Source of the DNA: a virus
Reading direction: 5' to 3' (one strand)
DNA: 64,000 bases
Virus record (IMG/VR): IMGVR_UViG_3300028490_000395
Positions 58,436 through 64,000 of the stretch are shown in pieces (position 1 is the first letter of the stretch; the number at the start of each line of letters is the position of its first letter). Made by a program: the position numbers and the translations under genes. Below the pieces are notes generated by a model. That model did not search any database. It saw only the letters and a program-made list of their open reading frames with translations, and was not told the DNA's origin.

Positions 58436-59506
58436 ATGCTTAATTTACCTAAAACTGGAAATCTAAAACTTGGAGGCACTGAAAAGGGTCTCCCTACACA
58501 ACATTTAAATCTAACCCCAACTCTCAACTATAAAGAAGGCGAACACTTTATGGCTCATCCTGATCACAAGGCAAATACGTCATTCTCTGTATTTTTACCA
58601 TTAGGATCAAAAAGTATTGAAATATCTTATATGTCTTTCATTAAAGTGAATGGAATAAGTTATATTGCCAAGGCTTCTAATGAAGATGACGAAACGGTGT
58701 ATGCTTTTCCAATACAGCCGAATTTCAACAATCCTTTGCTCGATTACCCTGTAATCAAACTTGGACCATTAAAAAATTTCAAAGACTCGTTGGAGATGAA
58801 GTTGAGATCTTATGTTCTTCTTCAAATTTTGGATAATGACAATGGTCTCAATATGGAAACATTCCATTTTAAATCTGAATCAGCTTTTACACTTGTTGAT
58901 CTAAAAACTGCATCTGATATGACTGTCGCTATTTTAGATGGATATGTAGACGAACCAACTTCTTTCCCTGTTGTAATGACTCTTGAGGTTCACAATAAGT
59001 TATACAAGATGAAAAAAGTGGATACTGTCACATACGCTAGACTTCTGCCACCTTCATTAAATGATATGAAGACTTTAGAAAAGTTGACAAATTTTAATGA
59101 TACTGATTCAGTAGAGTATAAATATTTTACAAACCTTTCAGGTAGTATCTTGAGAAGTAGAGAAGAAGCTGTAAAAAATGCTATAGCGCTTAACGATGAC
59201 AAAAACAAAGAGTATAAAAAGTGGTTTACAGAGAGTATTAAAATTCTCATAGATAATTCAGATGACTTCACTGATTTCCTCGGTGCAAAAGTCACAAACA
59301 TGTCTCCAGAAGAAACCGATCTTTCTAAAGATCAGGTGAAGGCGATAAAAGGTCTAATGAAAGAAACAGGTCTACCTGAAAAAATTTGTCAGCGTGCAGT
59401 ACTTGTTTTTGGTCAAGATGCAGCAAATGAACTAAAAGGTGGGATGTCTATACCTAAGGCTTTGTCACTAATTACAGCAGCAGAAACTGCTACAAAGGAG
59501 GCTTAA
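58436..59506 (+). CDS. hypothetical protein
   Basis: GGAAGGAG SD. Confidence 0.5.
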   Translation: MLNLPKTGNLKLGGTEKGLPTQHLNLTPTLNYKEGEHFMAHPDHKANTSFSVFLPLGSKSIEISYMSFIKVNGISYIAKASNEDDETVYAFPIQPNFNNPLLDYPVIKLGPLKNFKDSLEMKLRSYVLLQILDNDNGLNMETFHFKSESAFTLVDLKTASDMTVAILDGYVDEPTSFPVVMTLEVHNKLYKMKKVDTVTYARLLPPSLNDMKTLEKLTNFNDTDSVEYKYFTNLSGSILRSREEAVKNAIALNDDKNKEYKKWFTESIKILIDNSDDFTDFLGAKVTNMSPEETDLSKDQVKAIKGLMKETGLPEKICQRAVLVFGQDAANELKGGMSIPKALSLITAAETATKEA

Positions 59507-59507
59507 T

Positions 59508-60806
59508 ATGTTAATCCCAGCAGCAATTGTCAAAGTTTTAGACTTTCATGACGATAAAGGAAATTCTTCTTCAACAGTAAAAGAAGGATTTAATAAAATA
59601 AGAGTTATGCTTGATAATGGCCAAATCATAATGGTTCATGCAACATCTAATAATACAAAGTTTAGTTCTTCTTTGAAGAAGTTTATTGACTTTAAGGGTG
59701 CGAGTATTACAAAAGCTAATGAAATTAAGCAAGCTGCTTATGACATAATGTTTTCAGATCACAAAGCTGTTCTAAATATGCTAGAAAAGACAAAAGAAAA
59801 GATCAAGGTAAAGGAGCCAAACTTAGATGCGGGTTCTTTAGGCAGAAAAGCTGGAGAAAGTGTTGCTCAATATTTGGTATCGAGAAAAAGAACCATTGCC
59901 TCGACCTCGACTATTAGACTTGCATTTGGTACCCCATATAACAATGGACCTCAACTTTACAATTCCAGATGTATTCAGGTAGTAAAAGATGAAAAAGGCG
60001 AGGAAGGCTTTGGTAACGGAGGCATCTATTATTTTGCGCAAACAGGCAACGTTATACCTATTGAGGTTTCTCAAATTAGAAAAAGAGAGGGTGACTTTAC
60101 GGGCTACTTTAAAGTAGCAACAGGTAAGCTAATTAATGCAAATCAAATCAATTTTTTGATTGAACATTCAATTAGAACAATCCAAGAGTATATGGGTAAA
60201 AACCAGAAACCTTTCTTGTTGCAACTATTAAAACATGAAGGTGTAGCGAATGTGCCACCGGTATATTTTTCTGCTGTACAAAAGTTAAATCAGATAGAGA
60301 AAAGAAATAGAGATTCTGAGCACCCTCTCGCGCAAGAGGAGTACACGCAGTACATACTTGAACTCGAAGGTCTTATGAAAGCGATGAAGGCGGACAAGAG
60401 CTTATATGGATCATTTAGAGCATCTTTACCTCTAGTATACAAAACAGATGATATGATCACGGCAATTGATACTATTTCTGCAGAAAAAGGGTCTAGTCCT
60501 TTGCAAACTTTACCAAAAGCAATTGCAAACCTTAACTTTAGTAAAGAAGATCCTGATATTAAGAAAATTGTTGAAGACTTTGTTTACTCCAATATTAAAG
60601 GTGCTGCTACAGGGCACACAACATTTAAGGTTCTAGGGACTATGGCATTCTCAGCGACAAATATACTTGGGGTTGGTACCAGTTGGGGCTTCCCAGTAAA
60701 CAATATTGACTCTGCTAAATTCACGTTATCTTATGACGGGACCAAACATCTAATTGACGAAGCATACAAGCTTGTCGACTCTACTAAGGCACAAAAGAGA
60801 GGGTAG
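59508..60806 (+). CDS. hypothetical protein
   Basis: Start codon lies 2 nt after the previous stop. Confidence 0.5.
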   Translation: MLIPAAIVKVLDFHDDKGNSSSTVKEGFNKIRVMLDNGQIIMVHATSNNTKFSSSLKKFIDFKGASITKANEIKQAAYDIMFSDHKAVLNMLEKTKEKIKVKEPNLDAGSLGRKAGESVAQYLVSRKRTIASTSTIRLAFGTPYNNGPQLYNSRCIQVVKDEKGEEGFGNGGIYYFAQTGNVIPIEVSQIRKREGDFTGYFKVATGKLINANQINFLIEHSIRTIQEYMGKNQKPFLLQLLKHEGVANVPPVYFSAVQKLNQIEKRNRDSEHPLAQEEYTQYILELEGLMKAMKADKSLYGSFRASLPLVYKTDDMITAIDTISAEKGSSPLQTLPKAIANLNFSKEDPDIKKIVEDFVYSNIKGAATGHTTFKVLGTMAFSATNILGVGTSWGFPVNNIDSAKFTLSYDGTKHLIDEAYKLVDSTKAQKRG

Positions 60807-60982
60807 CACCCTCTTACAATCTTCTTTTTTTACTACAAACTGTAATATAACACCGTATCTCTCTTTTTAGAGTAGTTATTTTAACACGGTGTTCTGTTCA
60901 AGAATTAACAAGCTAAATTTATGTCAAGTTAAGACGTAAGAAGCTATAATCTATTTATAGATTTTAAATAAGGAGACTAATC

Positions 60983-61528
60983 ATGTCTAACAAAAGAGTA
61001 ATTATAATTACTGGACCTTCAGGTTCTGGTAAAAGTGAGTTAGAAAAGAACTTAGTTGAAAACGGTTTCGGAGAAAAAGCTGTGTCTACAACAACAAGAC
61101 CTCTTCGCACTGGAGAAGTTGAAGGCGTTCATTACCACACTGTTTCAAAAGCGAACTTTATCAACATAGTTAAATCTAAAGGTTTTGTTGAGCACGTACA
61201 ATTCAACGGAAATGATTATGGTATTGAAAAACGATACTTACCTACGTACGCTGTTTTAGTTGTTGAAGATAATGGTAAAACTCAAATTGAAGAAAACTGT
61301 GAAAACGTTATCTCAATTGGCTTATCTGCATCTCCAGCTGTTCTCAAAGATCGAATGCTTAATGCACGCGGTGATTCTGAAGAAGATGTTATCGAAAGAA
61401 TCAAGAATGACTCTATCCTAGAAGGTATGAAAAAGTTGTCTTTTGATATTAGTATCAATACAGATGGCTTTACACTTGACGAAGTTTCAGAACTTGTTAA
61501 GTATGAGCTTAATAGGATTATGTCATGA
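60983..61528 (+). CDS. gmk: guanylate kinase (canonical, with P-loop)
   Basis: GPSGSGKS P-loop and TTRPLRTGEVEGVHYH GMP-binding motif. Confidence 0.85.
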   Translation: MSNKRVIIITGPSGSGKSELEKNLVENGFGEKAVSTTTRPLRTGEVEGVHYHTVSKANFINIVKSKGFVEHVQFNGNDYGIEKRYLPTYAVLVVEDNGKTQIEENCENVISIGLSASPAVLKDRMLNARGDSEEDVIERIKNDSILEGMKKLSFDISINTDGFTLDEVSELVKYELNRIMS

Positions 61529-62250
61529 CAGATTCTCCAGCACTCTTCAATAAAAAGTATACTCATAGCAAAGAAGCTTTGTTTAAAGGTCTTGAAGAAA
61601 AACTTTCGGGTTATAACCTTGAGATTTTTGAAGCTTCAGAAGATGGGTATTTGGTGTCTAAAGATGACGAAACAATGTCTGGATGGGTTAACAATGTTTA
61701 TACTGTACATGAAGATGATCGTGTTGAAAACATTATGCTTTTTGATACTGAAACATCTCACTTAGGTGGATATGTTATTTCATTTGCAGGTATTTTGTAT
61801 AGCCTTTCTCAAAAGAAGATTCTAAAGAAGTTTTATGCTGAAATTAACCCTGGTGTTAAAATCGATCCTGAAGCTACTGCAAAATCTCATGGAATGACTG
61901 ATCAAGATGTCGCTGACTGTCCAAGTTTTGATTCAATTGCTGATAAAGTTGTTGACGCATTAAATTGGGCTGACGTACTTGTTGCTCATAATCCTCTTTA
62001 TGATATTGAAATCCTAATGCTTGAATTTTCAAGACTTAAACGCGAGATTAAAATCCCGCCTTATCTTGACACAATGAGACGCTTAAAGCATCTTGTTAAA
62101 GCAAAAAACTCTGCTGGTCATTTAAAAGATCCTAAGCTAGAAGAGGCTGCTGATTTTTTCAACATTCCTCAAGATAAATCTAAACTTCATAATGCTTTGT
62201 ATGATACAGAGATATTAACCGAGGTTTTTATTAAATCTTTAGACTTGTAA
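61525..62250 (+). CDS. DnaQ-like DEDDh 3'-5' exonuclease with N-terminal extension
   Basis: Exo I MLFDTETS, Exo II HNPLYD and Exo III HNALYDTE. ATGA overlap with gmk. Confidence 0.7.
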   Translation: MTDSPALFNKKYTHSKEALFKGLEEKLSGYNLEIFEASEDGYLVSKDDETMSGWVNNVYTVHEDDRVENIMLFDTETSHLGGYVISFAGILYSLSQKKILKKFYAEINPGVKIDPEATAKSHGMTDQDVADCPSFDSIADKVVDALNWADVLVAHNPLYDIEILMLEFSRLKREIKIPPYLDTMRRLKHLVKAKNSAGHLKDPKLEEAADFFNIPQDKSKLHNALYDTEILTEVFIKSLDL

Positions 62251-62260
62251 AGGACTTATA

Positions 62261-62842
62261 ATGGCTAATGAGTATGGAAAAGATATAGACTACGCAGATT
62301 CAAAATCTATTGTTACTAATACTAATCGACATATTCGAAGACATTTTGCCTCTAAGCAACTGTTTATTACTGATATTAATGGTATCCCTAAAACGAACAA
62401 AAGTGTTCAATTTAAAGGTATTGATAAGATCGTAATGACTGCAGGTGGTAAGATTTTTAAAATTGAAGAAAAAGTCAGACGAAGAGACTATGGGGATATC
62501 CTTGTAGAACTTTACGCTGACAACAACTTCTATCTAAAAGCTCACCGTGGAACAGGTTGGATCATGAAAGATTATTCATGTGACATTATCATGTTTTACT
62601 ATGAGAATACAGACAGAAGCATAATTTTTAGTTGGAAAATGTTTCAATACATCTTCAAAATAAAAATGTCAGAATGGTATGATTATGCAAAAAATAGACA
62701 GTTTGGGTTTAGTTTAAAAAAAGCTGAAAACACATATAGAAATGGTGGAAAATATCATAGTTTAAATATGGTAGTTCCCGAGAAGTTTTTTATGGAAACA
62801 TATTCTACTTATAAATCAATGTACGAAAGTTTAAAGCAATAG
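62261..62842 (+). CDS. hypothetical protein
   Basis: ORF only. Confidence 0.45.
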   Translation: MANEYGKDIDYADSKSIVTNTNRHIRRHFASKQLFITDINGIPKTNKSVQFKGIDKIVMTAGGKIFKIEEKVRRRDYGDILVELYADNNFYLKAHRGTGWIMKDYSCDIIMFYYENTDRSIIFSWKMFQYIFKIKMSEWYDYAKNRQFGFSLKKAENTYRNGGKYHSLNMVVPEKFFMETYSTYKSMYESLKQ

Positions 62843-62872
62843 TTTTTTACTTTCATACTGGATCTCTTTAGA

Positions 62873-63208
62873 TTAAAAATTCTGCATTCCTTGTCCAACT
62901 AACTTAGCACTCTTCCCTAAAGATTTAGAATACCCACCAAAAGATTTTGTACCGTTCTTTACTCTATGAACGGTATCTTTCTCTATATCCTTGACAAGGC
63001 TAGAAGATCCAATACTTTTAACTACTCTCTTCATATAATGATCCATAGACCTCTTAGAATGAGGTGAAGCTATCCCATAGTAATAAGCAACCGAGATACC
63101 TAGTACCAGAATGATCAAGCCCCTAGTGAACTTAACCAAGAATGTTAAAGCTATCATAAATAATGCGATACCCATTGCATACAGTGGGAATAATCCTATA
63201 GTGTCCAT
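62873..63208 (-). CDS. small membrane protein (2 TM)
   Basis: ORF with hydrophobic segments. Confidence 0.45.
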   Translation of the reverse strand: MDTIGLFPLYAMGIALFMIALTFLVKFTRGLIILVLGISVAYYYGIASPHSKRSMDHYMKRVVKSIGSSSLVKDIEKDTVHRVKNGTKSFGGYSKSLGKSAKLVGQGMQNF

Positions 63209-63343
63209 GTCAACTCCTTAAAATATTTCTTAAAGGTATCTTACCTTATTTTTGTTGATTAAAAAGAGAACTGTCTTTTTATGACGTTAAAGCTACTATA
63301 ACAATATACGTTTCTTTAGAAACAATTTAATGGAGGAGTTAAT

Positions 63344-64000
63344 ATGGCAAAAGATTACAATGGTTACATTAAACCATCTAAACCTTGGAAAAAGTTGTTT
63401 TCAAATGCGGAGATCTCTACGATCTTTTTGGCTTTTGAAAATTTGTATGTAAAAATGTATAATGATTTGAGATTTGAATCAGATATGCAAGAAAAACGTG
63501 CTACAAAAGAAAAAACGGATTCTGTAAATCGTAATACTTATCTTAGTATTGCAAGAGTTCGCAATATACCCTATCCGGAAACCGATATCAAAGACGATTC
63601 TGTAGGTATTCAACCTTATCAAATTAAAGCAATTTTAAAAGTTGTAGATATTGATAACCTTGAAAACTTCTTAGAAATGTTAATGGTATATAAGAAATCT
63701 TTAACAAACATAAGTTTTTATGAAGATGGCTTTGAAAGATGGGACAAAATAATTAAGTACATTTTTGGTTCTAAAAATAAGATCAAAAAGTTGAAAGCAA
63801 AAGACATTTCAAAAATAATGAAAAAGTCTTTACTTCCTACACTAGATCTATATACAGACGATCAGAAATTCAAATTTACAACAAAAGATCAAGATGTATT
63901 ACTTTCAACTAAAATGGAAGATAATACTTTTGAGATTAAGTTTAATATGGAAGCTCTTGTTAATTCAAAGACATGTACTTATGATCAAAAGAGTATTTTA
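63344..64000 (+). CDS. hypothetical protein, 3'-truncated by window edge
   Basis: GGAGG lies upstream of the ATG at 63344. The open frame runs to the end of the window. Confidence 0.5.
   Translation, partial: MAKDYNGYIKPSKPWKKLFSNAEISTIFLAFENLYVKMYNDLRFESDMQEKRATKEKTDSVNRNTYLSIARVRNIPYPETDIKDDSVGIQPYQIKAILKVVDIDNLENFLEMLMVYKKSLTNISFYEDGFERWDKIIKYIFGSKNKIKKLKAKDISKIMKKSLLPTLDLYTDDQKFKFTTKDQDVLLSTKMEDNTFEIKFNMEALVNSKTCTYDQKSIL

Noticed and set aside
1-64000. CRISPR arrays, integrase or transposase genes, rRNA.
   Set aside because: I found no regularly spaced direct repeats. I also found no tyrosine/serine recombinase or DDE motifs, and no rRNA-like sequence. Not found is not proof of absence.

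Overview
This is a 64-kb, AT-rich (roughly one-third G+C by eye), densely coding segment with genes on both strands. Most genes have AGGAG-type Shine-Dalgarno sites, and there are many hairpin-plus-U-tract terminators.

What I could recognise:
- Replication and nucleotide core: an SF2 helicase, adjacent gyrB and gyrA-like type IIA topoisomerase subunits, NAD-dependent ligA, a dnaE with a fully degenerate PHP domain, ssb with a long Gln/Pro-rich repeat linker, canonical gmk, and a DnaQ-like DEDDh exonuclease.
- NAD salvage module: a NadM-type NMN adenylyltransferase, the nicotinamidase PncA and NadE.
- Other enzymes: a 5'(3')-deoxyribonucleotidase-like HAD protein, a small radical-SAM activase-like protein, a CYTH protein and an ATP-grasp enzyme.
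- Six tRNA or tRNA-like genes with a CDS between them: Gly-UCC, Gly-GCC, an aberrant paralog, Met/Ile-CAU, a second Gly-UCC-like, and Trp-CCA.
- Many envelope proteins: a FadL-like outer-membrane protein, an 8-strand outer-membrane barrel, MscS, a NhaP-like antiporter, YccA/BI-1, an HExxH membrane protease, SppA, an NfeD-flotillin operon, and lipoproteins.

I saw no capsid, terminase, integrase or CRISPR array. From this window I cannot tell whether this is a jumbo phage or a small-genome Gram-negative bacterium. Roughly half the ORFs have no motif I can assign by eye.

The most system-like candidates:
1. A tightly packed minus-strand operon (40356..43283) that pairs a Cas4/RecB-like Fe-S nuclease with a guanylate-kinase homolog lacking the N-terminal P-loop.
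2. A translationally coupled trio (6572..8405): a small protein, an ATP-grasp ligase, and a CxxCxGxG zinc-finger protein.
3. A family of tRNA paralogs with varied anticodon arms, preceded by a Met/Gly/Trp-rich leader-like peptide and a terminator.

The ORF track turns TTG and GTG starts into M, so I moved several starts to the SD-supported ATG or GTG.
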